DNA from: Podarcis melisellensis
Taxonomy: Eukaryota
Assembly: GCA_964234715.1 (NCBI GenBank)
Contig: OZ174286.1
DNA length: 64,000 bases
Strand: one strand, 5' to 3'
The notes below the pieces were generated by a model, which saw only the letters and a list, made by a program, of their open reading frames with translations, was not told the DNA's origin and did not search any database. Position numbers and translations under genes: made by a program. Below are positions 13,685 to 23,836 of this stretch, one piece after another (the first letter of the stretch is position 1; each line of letters opens with the position of its first letter).

Positions 13685-13829
13685 TTAAATGTTGCTTGCT
13701 GCAAATATTTTACGGCTTATGGAATCCTCTCGACTACAAAGCATTATAAAGAAGTGTTTTAAAAATAAAACAAAACCAAGCACCCAAGCCCTTTGTCTGG
13801 GAGCATCCTGGCACTACAGACCTAAGCAT

Positions 13830-14700
13830 GCCTACTCGCGAGTAAGTCCCACTCATTCCAGTGAGACGCACTCCAAGGTCAGGGTGGACGAGGCCGTGGC
13901 ATTAAGAAACGAGAAACAGCCTCCCCTCACGACACGACCTCCCCAGAGACGAAGCCCTGTCAGAAACTCGGCACTACAAATCCCGCCATGCTCCGCGCGC
14001 CCCGCGCTGCACGCTGGGAACGGCGCCCTTCGCCGTCCGTTTGACCCTTGCGCAAAAGTTAAAGGGGGAACGGAGCCACGTGGGACTACAAATCCCGGCG
14101 TGCCTCGCTTCTTTGCTGGGGCCGTCGCGAGGCTTTGGTTTCCAGCGCGGAGGTGGGGCAGCGGCGGCGGCCGTTGTGAAGGGTCACGTGAGGCGGCCGA
14201 GATTGGGCGGAAGCCGGCGCTGCGTCGAGGGAGGCGGGGAAGAGAAAGGGAAAGGGAAAAGGGCTCCTGCGGGCGCTTCCGCTATTGGCTGCTGCTGCCG
14301 CTGCTTCTTCTTCCGCGGCCGCTGCTGTTGCTGCTTCTACTCTCGGGCTGGGCGGAGAACGATGAGCGTCGAGAGGCGGCGGCGGCGGAGGAGGAAGAGC
14401 TTTGGGGGCTTGGGAGCGGGGGCCCCGTCGCCCTGCTGAGGGAGGGAGCCCCGGGAAAGGCCCGCGATGAGTTCGCTGTCCGCAGGTAACCCTTCGCTGG
14501 CTGCAGGTAATACCCCTTTGCCCCCTCACGCCGCGCCTCCTGCGCCCGCTCGCCTTGGCCCCCCTCCCCAGCTCGCTCCCCGCCACCCCTAGTATACCTG
14601 GTGGGGGGGAAGGGGGGCACCCGCGTCCCTTTCCCCCGCAATTTGCATCGCCCACCACCAGATCGTGGCCTGTTTCTCACGAGACGGGGCAGAACAAACC
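13830..14700. promoter_or_regulatory. CpG island / bidirectional AZI2-ZCWPW2 promoter
   Basis: The strongest GC/CpG-rich stretch in the window, lying between divergent genes. ACTACAnnTCCC motifs at ~13973 and ~14085, an SBS-like motif on the - strand at ~14004-14020, and ATTGG (CCAAT) boxes at ~14202 and ~14284. Confidence 0.9.
14200..14485 (+). other. AZI2: AZI2 exon 1 (mostly 5' UTR; start approximate; donor after 14485 or 14506)
   Basis: Lies in the CpG island. Donors CAG|GTAACC and CAG|GTAATA. The exon 2 acceptor is 5 nt before the main ATG, so an upstream exon is required. Confidence 0.7.
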
Positions 14701-16629
14701 CGTGTCTGGATGCAACTGCTGCAAACCGTAGGCAGGCGGGTGGGGGAGAGAGGGGGTGGCTCATATAATTCACATTTACTCTAAAGTCCCCCCATGTCGA
14801 ATGGAAGGTAGCGCTCCATGGTGTGTTTCTCGGACAGCAGGCAGCCTAAGCGGCCCTCTGGACAAATCAAGCGAACTAGCATGTCGGTGAACCTCTCGCC
14901 TAGCCCTTTCCCTCCCCTAATGTGCTGCCGATGTGTGTAGAGAGTTTAATGGGATTAGAACAGTGGTTCCCAACTTTTATTTTGGCCGTGCCTCACCTAA
15001 GCATCTCTAAAATCCCGAATCCCCCCCCCGACATATAATGGTTATTATTCAAAAAGTGAACTCCTATTCATGTGGAGGAAGCCACTGTTAATAACGCATT
15101 CTTGAATTGCCCCCCATAAAAATCAAATTGCCCCCCTGCGGGACATGTGCCCCACATTGGAAACCATATAGAAGGATCCAGCTGTTAAAGACAAACGATT
15201 GATTCCAGCTTCTCTCTCTTCCCCCCCCCCCCATGCCAGCTGGAACGATCCCTGCTTACTGTAATTGCAGTATGCGGTTTTTATTGAATGGTTTTGCTGC
15301 ACCTAAGTTTGTGGTGCAGCACATAGGTATTGTTTTAATAATGTGCATGTCTTAAATAAATGCTTGGTCGTGTGAAGTGTCGCAGCTCTGACAAACATCC
15401 CATCTCTTATGTTGGCCTTAAGAATGTGGAGCCTTCCTAGGTCTTGTCGTGGTGGGAAGCTGACATCTTGCAAATGCCCCTACAAGGCTGAAGAAATGTG
15501 CTTGTTTTTGCTACAGACTGGGAAGTTGGGACAAATTTTGTGATGATGCACACTTGACTGCCTGCTATGTGTGTGTGAATACAGATGTTTATATTGCCCT
15601 TCACCCAAAGATCTCTGGGCCATTCACATCATAAAAAGACATAAAAACTGGAGCAAAAACAAAACAATAACCCCCAACACAGAGCACGTTTTAAAGGACA
15701 TGTTAATCAACTTAATAAAAGTGTTTCACTAAGTTATTCAGTATGTTGAATTAAACTTTTAATGTGACCCACAACACAACACTTGCTTTCCTCGCCTTGA
15801 AACAGTCACATAGGAAAACACAATTCTGTAAAACAGTCTACAATGTTTCTTCCTGTATCTATAGCTTCATACCCCTCTCCTTGTCAGCTTTGTAGCACTT
15901 GGAATTGGAGATCAATGGGGAAGGACAGAAGTCTTTGCCCACAGTTCATGCCCAAAGAGCACTTTCATCTCTCTCTTGCCTTAATGGGTCAAAGCAACTG
16001 TCGAGGTTTCTTTCCATAACTACTGACCTCTGCTTCTAGTCTTGACTGCTTTGCGTCTATCCTTAAATCAAGTGACTTCTTTTACGGTTGCTTGTAAAGT
16101 TGCAGGAGACTCTGGGATGGTTTCTCAGCTGTGTGTTCATTTTTCCTCTCCAACCTCCCACCTAAGAAAGATATGGAATTTTACTAGGTCAAGTTGGCAC
16201 CCTTCCCCCTCCCTTGCCAAAAAAAGGGAAGAAAGTTGGAGCTAGCCCATGCACCATATACTGTTCAGAAAACTCAACATCTATGTAAAATAGGAAAGGA
16301 CTTGAGACTTTGACTTGGGTGCAAGAAGCCGAAGGAATTTGGTGAAGGGACTTGGCTCTTACTCCGGGAATGTTTAGTTGAAGAAGTTCTTATGTAAACA
16401 GTACTATCATTAGAAGATTTTTTTTGGGTAGACTCTTGTTCCCAAGCTTTGCTTCTCCAGACCATGATATAACTTTAGAACTTTTGAAATGAGATATAAT
16501 CCAGAGATCTCTTCAACAACTGCCTGTAAAGTCTTCATAACATTAGATATTGTTACATGTATTGTGCAGAATCCCATTTCTCAGACAAATATTTCCAAAC
16601 AGTCATTCTTTTCAACTTTAAATTCTGAG

Positions 16630-16772
16630 ATCATAGAACTGTAGAGTTGGAAGGGACCCTGAGGATAATCGAATCCAGTCCCCTGCAGTGCAGAAATATA
16701 CAGCTGTCCCATACAGGGATCAAACCTGCAACCTTGGTGTTATCAGCACCACGCTCTAACCAACAGAGCTAC
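16630..16772 (-). mobile_element. SINE with tRNA-Ile-like head and CR1-type tail (Squam2-like)
   Basis: The minus strand reads TAGCTCTGTTGGTTAGAGCGTGGTGCTGATAACACCAAGGTTGCAGGTTTGATCCC, followed by a CR1 3' end ...CCAACTCTACAGTTCTATGA. Confidence 0.7.
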
Positions 16773-17568
16773 CTTCCTTTCCACCATACAAGCATTCTTG
16801 CATCTCTTGTCTAAGAGCACTGTAAACATCTGATTCGAACACTTTATTTACTAAGACAGGTTGGAAACCGATGCTTTCTTGTTGAACTTCCTGTTTTAGA
16901 GGTAACCTAACATTTCTCATTAGCTTATTTTATTTTTTCATGAAAGGAGGAGGTTGTGGTTTATGTATGTGTTTAAATTATGCTCTGATCTCACCAAAAG
17001 GAAGTTGCACCAAAAGGAAATTCCCTGGACCCTCTCTTTCCCTTCTAAACTTTGGAATAGGCATTTCAACACCATGAGTGGATTTCAAAATATGCATTCA
17101 AACTGAATCAAAGCTAGATGTAGCTCGCCAAGAGTGAAAAATAAACACTAAATCTGTAGGGAGAGGGGGAATCAACTGGCTGGTTTAGAATCAAATTTCA
17201 GTTGAAGTGTGTATTGATGCTGTATGGATTCTAAGCTGTACGGCTCACTTTCAAATGCCCCCCCCCCCGCTTGCCCACTGTACTATAGCATATTAATGGA
17301 AGCTTTGTGGAAGGAACCCTTCCAACATGTTCTTGATAAAAAAACAAAACCAAATAGCTATTTTTATCATCAATACTTTACCATCATCTGAGAGCCATTT
17401 CAGAATTTTATAGTGGGAAATCTACTGTAAGCTTGAGGTGATATTTTCTGGTAAAGGCTAAACTATAACAAGTGCTCTACAGCATTTCTTCCAGTTTGAA
17501 AGATATTAAATGCTTGTGATATATACTTAGGATCTTTCCTAACAACATGCCTTTTTTATTCAGCTGCC

Positions 17569-17793
17569 ATGGATGAACTAGCTGAAGATGACATTTATAT
17601 TTTGAACCATGAAAAAGCAGACACTCATCCTAAGCAAGATGGAGAAATTCCTACTCCCGTGTATTCAGGCGAAGAGTCTGTTGCTTCACATTTTGCACTT
17701 GTCACTGCTTATGAAGATATCAAAAAACGACTGAAAGAGACAGAAAGGGAGAACTCCCTCTTAAAGAAAAGAGTAAGAGTGTTAGAAGAAAAG
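17569..17793 (+). CDS. AZI2: AZI2/NAP1 coding exon 1 (exon 2)
   Basis: Acceptor TTCAG|CTGCC, then ATG. Encodes MDELAEDDIYILNHEK...GEESVASHFALVTAYEDIKKRLKETERENSLLKKRVRVLEEK, matching recalled human AZI2. Donor AAG|GTAAGT. Confidence 0.97.
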
Positions 17794-18125
17794 GTAAGTA
17801 ACTGTTTAACATGCCTTTTTGGGGGGCAGAAATGATAAGGTATCTTAAGGCTGCAGTGCTATGCACAATTGGCTGGGAGTGATTCCTATGGAACCCACTG
17901 TAGAAATGGCTGGGATTTCCCTGTGCACTTTACATGTAAAAATAGTAATTGCCAAACGTTTCAATAGCAAAACATTACTTTTCTGGTATGATGATAATTA
18001 GTACCTGGTTGTTGTTCTTTAGCAACGAGTAGGATAATTGAACACAAAGGGGATGGTAGGAGACTTCTTAATAAAAAAATTATGCACCATAATGCAAGAG
18101 GCTGTCTTCTGCTGAGGCAGACCAT

Positions 18126-18461
18126 GGGTGACACTGTGGGTTAAACCACAGAGCCTAGGACTTGCCGATCAGAAGGTCAGCGGTTCGAATCCCCGCAACG
18201 GGGTGAGCTCCCGTTGCTCGGTCCCTGCTCCTGCCAACCTAGCAGTTCGAAAGCACGTCAAAGTGCAAGTAGATAAATAGGTACCACTCCGGCAGAAAGG
18301 TAAAGGGCTTTTCCGTGCGCTGCTCTGGTTCGCCAGAAGCGCCTTAGTTATGCTGGCCACATGACCCGGAAGCTGTACGCCGGCTCCCTCAGCCAATAAA
18401 GCGAGATGAGTGCCCAGAGTCAGTCATGACTGGAACTAATGGTCAGGGGTCCCTTTACCTT
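18126..18461 (+). mobile_element. Sauria SINE with 96-bp flanking direct repeat
   Basis: Homologous to 3268-3634. Flanks 18030-18125 and 18462-18557 are near-identical. Confidence 0.9.
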
Positions 18462-18828
18462 TAGGATAATTGAACACAAAGGGAATGGTAAGAGACTTCT
18501 TAATAAAAAAAATATGCACCATAATGCAAGAAGCTGTCTTCTGCTGCGTCAGACCATTGGTTTATGTAGCCCAGTTCTCTCTACTTTGACTGGCAGCAGC
18601 TATCTGGAATTTCAGAGCAGGTTCTCCCCCAGCTATATTGGGAGATGCTGGGGATTGATCCTGAGCTGCTCTGTATGCAAAGCTGATGCTGTGTACAATG
18701 AGCCCACGGTAAACCCATGTTTCCTGGCCGACAGTTAATTTGTTTCACTTGAAGTATTGAAATTTGATGCTCTTCAAGTAACAAAGCTAGGAAAAATGTA
18801 ATTTTGGCATTTTCCTCTAATCGTCTAG

Positions 18829-18954
18829 GTTCTTGGCTCCCATGTGGAAGAAAGCACAAGCTCCATTGGCCGTGAGCAGGTTAACAAAGCCTACCAAGCC
18901 TATCGAGAGGCTTGTATTGAACGGGATAATCTGAAAAGTAAACTGGATAAAATG
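18829..18954 (+). CDS. AZI2: AZI2 exon 3
   Basis: CTAG|GTT...ATG|GTACGT, 126 nt. Encodes VLGSHVEESTSSIGREQVNKAYQAYREACIERDNLKSKLDKM. Confidence 0.96.
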
Positions 18955-19274
18955 GTACGTGCTTTGCAGTAGGTTAAAAGAAAGATACCATGTGAGTGCG
19001 GTTTATAAAAGGATATTGTGACTTTGATGTTAGGTTTCTAGCCAGTTACGCCAGCATCGCAGGGGTTTGGACCGGAGAACTCTCAGGGCCCCTTTTAGCT
19101 CTGCAGTTCTGTGATACTAAGCTGGGTAGGGAGTTTGTGGCCCTCCAGATGTCAATATTATTGTTTTTAAAGATGATGATGTGGTTTATTAGATTTGTAT
19201 GCCACCCTATACCTGTAGATCTTGGGGTGGTTTGCAACTTAAAATCACAATATAAAGCGCGCCCTACAAAATAA

Positions 19275-19486
19275 CAGTCGTACCTTGGATCCCGAACGCC
19301 TTGCAACTCAAACGTTTTGTTTCCCAATCGCCGCAAACCCGGAAGTGAGTGTCCCAGTTTGTGTATGTTCCGTGGCTTCCGCTTGAGTGCAGGAAGCTCC
19401 TGTAGCCAATTGGAAGTCACCCCTTGGTTTTCAGAAGTTGAACCGACTTCCGGAAGGGATTCCGTTCAACGACCAAGGTATGGCTG
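19275..19486. mobile_element. Tc1/mariner-type MITE (CAGTCGTACCTTGG TIR)
   Basis: Terminal inverted repeats; related to 53054-53298 and 49038-49559. Confidence 0.75.
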
Positions 19487-20196
19487 TATATAATACAAAA
19501 GACAACTCAATAATCCCTGCTTGCACAACAGCCCCACCCAGCATAGGCAGAAGTCAGGGATGATGGGAGTTGTAGCCCAACATCATCGGGAGAGTACCAG
19601 ATTCCCTACCCATGCTCTAAGGTGTAAGAGACTCAAGCAGGCCAGATCATTCTTCCCTGCTTACGCTCCCTCTCTGATGTACTATTTTCTTTTCCAATTG
19701 ACAATTATCTCTGGTTACTGGAGGCCACTGAGCATACTTGGTCCTTTTTAAAAGTTTTCCTTTTTCCTTTTCTTCTTTGGCAACCTTTTGGTTTTAATTT
19801 TTGGGTTTGTTTTTACTTCTGCATTCTTCAGAAGTCACCCAGCTATTCTTGTGTCTCAGTCGTCTTTGAGTGGGCACATTTGGCTCCAACTCTGTCAACA
19901 CTCAACCACCTGGGTTCACTATTAAAGGAAATGCTGCAGAAGTTTCAGATTACAGAATCCTTCCAGAGATGCAGTGTGCAGCCAGTGACCACTGGAGGAA
20001 AAACCCCATGTGGTGCAGAGAAGGCAGAGGACAGATAAAAGCAAAGAATAACAAACAAAGAAAAGTGGTGGTTAATTTGGAATACCTGCTAAGTAATTGA
20101 GCTCAGTTGGAGAGCCTTACCTCATAGCCACAGGATCTGGTATTGTGCCTGAAGAAAGAGTGCTATTTTTTGTACTCTGAAAGGTTGCAGCATTTA

Positions 20197-20455
20197 CCGT
20201 ATTTTTTGCTCTATAAGACTCACTTTTTCCCTCCTAAAAAGTAAGGGGAAATGTGTGTGCGTCTTATGGAGCGAATGCAGGCTGCGCAGCTATCCCAGAA
20301 GCCAGAACAGCAGGAGGGATTGCTGCTTTCACTGCGCAGCGATCCCTCTTGCTGTTCTGGCTTCTGAGATTCAGAATCCCCCCCCCCTTGTTTTCCTCCT
20401 CCAAAAACTAGGTGCGTCTTGTGGTCTGGTGCATCTTATAGAGCGAAAAATACGG
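20197..20455. mobile_element. Tc1/mariner/pogo-type MITE
   Basis: TA TSD, TIR CCGTATTTTTTGCTCTATAAGA / TCTTATAGAGCGAAAAATACGG, and an internal inverted repeat. Confidence 0.85.
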
Positions 20456-20631
20456 TATATCTGATCTTGACTTCAGGGCTTTAGAAACCGAGTATCTGAC
20501 AGCTTGGCCGATTCTTCAAGAAGTAGAGCTGGCTAGCATTTAGTTCTAAGAGTTAGGCATGTATGGATTTTATTATTGATTGGAAAGCTGGACAGACTAA
20601 ATCCTGGCAATGTGTTCCTTCCCCAAACTAG

Positions 20632-20731
20632 ATGAAAGAGAACACCGAATCCCTGAAACATTTGAATGAGCAGTTGCAGTCCAAAGAAGTGGAGCTCCTG
20701 CAGCTCAGAACTGAAGTGGAAACTCAACAAG
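20632..20731 (+). CDS. AZI2: AZI2 exon 4
   Basis: CTAG|ATG...CAAG|GTGCCC, 100 nt. Encodes MKENTESLKHLNEQLQSKEVELLQLRTEVETQQ. Confidence 0.96.
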
Positions 20732-21196
20732 GTGCCCCTTGTCTCTCCGAGTGTAAATTTATGTGCTTGACTACGAAGCTGTACCTCTGTATCAGAAGGC
20801 CTGCAGCCAGTATGCATACATTTATGCTAACGTGTTCAATTTGCATAAAGGAATATTATTACAGATGACTGTTCAGAAGCAAAACGTTATGGTGTTCGTT
20901 CTCAGACAATTATGGCTGTGTGAGAGAGATGATGGGGCTGCATTTCCTGCCCCTGCCTCCTTTTCTCTGTCGGTTTCATTTATGCATTTTGCTTTGAAAG
21001 ATTTATAATCCACATTTTGAACGACATAGCTAAAAATACACAAAGCTGAATACAGTGTAAAACGTTGTAAAATGATCTACTTATAACAGCTATAACATCA
21101 AAAGCCAGCACTAAATAGACAGTAAAACAGTAGAAATAGAAAGCAGTCCTAGACATTGTAGCCCCCATTTATAATTACAAGAGCAACTTCATAATA

Positions 21197-21411
21197 CAGT
21201 GGTACCTCGGGTTAAGTTCCAGGGGTCCGTTCTTAACCTGAAACTGTTCTTAACCTGAAGCACCACTTTAGCTAATGGGCCCTCCTGCTGCTGCCGCGCC
21301 GCCGGAGCACAATTTCTGTTCTCATCCTGAAGCAAAGTTCTTAACCCGAGGTACTATTTCTGGGTTTGCGGAGTCTGTAACCTGAAGCGTATGTAACCTG
21401 AGGTACCACTG
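21197..21411. mobile_element. Tc1/mariner-type MITE (family copy 2)
   Basis: TA TSD and CAGTGGTACCTC TIRs. Confidence 0.9.
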
Positions 21412-21419
21412 TACTGTGA

Positions 21420-21632
21420 TAATAATTATATCCCGCCCATCCGTGTTTCCCCAGCCACTTGTGTGGCTCCCAACAGAATATTAGAAACATGATCAAACAT
21501 TGAAAACTTCCCTAAACAGGGCTCCCTTCAGATGTCTTCTAAAAGTCAGATAGCTGTTTATTTCCTTGACATCTGCTGGGAGGGTGTTTCACAGGGCGGG
21601 CGCCACTACTGAGAAGGCCCTCTGCCTGGTTC
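21420..21632 (-). mobile_element. L2-type LINE 3' fragment
   Basis: Reverse complement of ~23105-23330. Confidence 0.75.
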
Positions 21633-23010
21633 ATAATCTTGGCTGTTAACTTTGCCATGTAATGCATTGCTTCACAATGCTGGGAAGGGTAGGGGGTGTG
21701 CGCTTTTTTGGAATTCTGAGAAACCCCAAAATAATAGTTTTAAAAAGTAAGTTGTTAAAATCAGTGCAGTTTTGGCAGATTCAGTCTGCCATCTTGATCC
21801 AGAATGACAGCCGGTTGGAGCCAAACATAGATGAAAACACTGATACTAGGAACCATCATACAAAATTTGGTTACAGTAGCTTGAGGAGTATCCAAATGCA
21901 TAAAAAACAAACAAAAGGCATACAACTTTTCAAATTATATAGTTGTAGTTTACACACACACACTCTATATATATATTATATGTACACACACACAAACATA
22001 CAGAGCTTTTCTGCTGTAACAGGCCCTAAGGTCTCCCTTTTTTAAAAAATCTGCTGCAACAATGCCACATTTCACAGGTTACCAAGGAGCAGGGTCTGTG
22101 TTGTTAGCCTTATTAATCCTTTGGCATTAGCATCGGGTGTTACATTCATATAGCCACACCCTTTGCATGCTCCAATTAGCATGGACAGTGCATTCTCATA
22201 CAGGAAGTGCCTGTGCATATCTGGGAATTCCCAGAAATACCTCCTAAATTGACCTCTGGCAACGGGAAGCAAGCTTTTCCTTTTCCTTTTATGTTTACAT
22301 CAGCCCTGCACACAACTTGTTGACGTGGACCGATTATGCAAGGAGATCACGTGTTTGTGCCATAGGCACCGTAGCAGCTGAAACATTGCAATCCAATAAT
22401 GTACTTCTGCCATACGTTTGCATTGATCTAACGGCTGCTTCTTGCACGTTGAAATCTTCCCTCCACTGTCCACTACACCTTGTCAAAACTAACACCGCTT
22501 GCATAGGAAAATTGGTAAAGTGGTGTGCAACATCAAAATACAGGACAGGTGTAATAATAAAATTGGTCAAAGCGTCACTAAACATGACAAACAATGTTTA
22601 TTTTTTTAAACTCACATTCCAAAGCCCTTTCAGAAAAATATGTTTTGAAAAGTCTTGATTTTTACTCCCAGCCCTTCAATAAGTTCCCAGGGTGGCTTAC
22701 AAAACATTATCATTACAGTAAAAACAAAATAGAAGCTGTTAGTATAAAAACATAAAATGCCATAACGAAATACCAAATTATAACCAAATACCAAGCAGCG
22801 TAGGAGCTTGTCTGCAGGATTAAAAAGCATGGTAAAATAAGATGCTTGCTTTGTGCCAAAATGACTCTGAGGTATGTGCCTGGAAGAGCATTTTATGGTT
22901 GTGCCAACACCGTGTATATCCTTTCACCTGTAATCTGTGCATCAGATGTTTGGTGCTTCCAAAGCAGACTCTTGGGTGAATGGTAGCACACACAGAGATA
23001 AAATGTTCTT

Positions 23011-23350
23011 TGAGAGCATCTCCACCCCCATTGTTCAGCCCGGACACTGAGGTCCAGCTCCGAGGGCCTTCTGGCGGTTCCCTCCCTGCAAGAAGTGAGG
23101 TTGCAGGGAACCAGGCAGAGGGCCTTCTTGGTAGTGGTGCCCACCCTGTGGAACGCCCTCCCATCAGATGTCAAGGGAATAAACAACTATCTGACTTTTA
23201 GAAGACATCTGAAGGCAGCCCTGTTTAGGGAAGCTTTTAATGTTTGATGTATTTATTGTGTTTTTAATATTCTATTGGGAGCCGCCCAGAGTGGCTGGGA
23301 AAACTCAGCCAGATGGGTGGAGTATTATTATTATTAATAATAATATAATA
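23011..23350 (+). mobile_element. L2-type LINE 3' fragment
   Basis: Contains the ...RAFLVVVPTLWNALP motif and an (ATT/AAT)n tail. Confidence 0.75.
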
Positions 23351-23687
23351 TCATTATTTATTACGGTATCCTTATCCTAAGTAATGAATGCCTTCAGAAG
23401 TCAAAACCAGCACTTTGAAATGAGCCACACGTACAGCCTATAGCATATTACAAAAGACCCATAAAGTTACATGGAGTTCCTTGTACATATGAACATCTGT
23501 GAATTATTCCAGTGCCACATGTTTCTTAATAATGTGATCACTCTAATTAAATTCAAAAACGTCCGAGGTTTGAATTTTGGGCCTTTGCTATGCTCATGGG
23601 AGCATAACTTTGAATCCAACCACGCCATTCTTAATGTCTGATTATATTCTGATTGAATGATAAGTGTTTTTTCATATTTCTTTGCAG

Positions 23688-23836
23688 TGATGAAGAGTCT
23701 GAACTCTACCCCATCTAGCTGGGAAATAGAAAAGCTGAATAATGCCCTAAAAGTGCACAGTTTGGAGCAGGATTTGGAGAAGCTGAGGGAAGAATGCAAT
23801 GATCTTAGAAAAGAACTACAAAAATCTGTTCAGAAG
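23688..23836 (+). CDS. AZI2: AZI2 exon 5
   Basis: TTTGCAG|TG...AAG|GTACTG, 149 nt. Encodes (V)MKSLNSTPSSWEIEKLNNALKVHSLEQDLEKLREECNDLRKELQKSVQK. Confidence 0.96.

Noticed and set aside
13689-14773. Long overlapping ORFs (266, 190, 163 and 132 aa) on both strands
   Set aside because: Low-complexity Arg/Gly/Pro/Ala translations of a stop-poor CpG island, with no recognisable domain.
16700-16772. tRNA-Ile(GAT)-like sequence on the - strand
   Set aside because: The acceptor stem and B box are degenerate and it is fused to a CR1 tail, so it is a SINE head rather than a tRNA gene.
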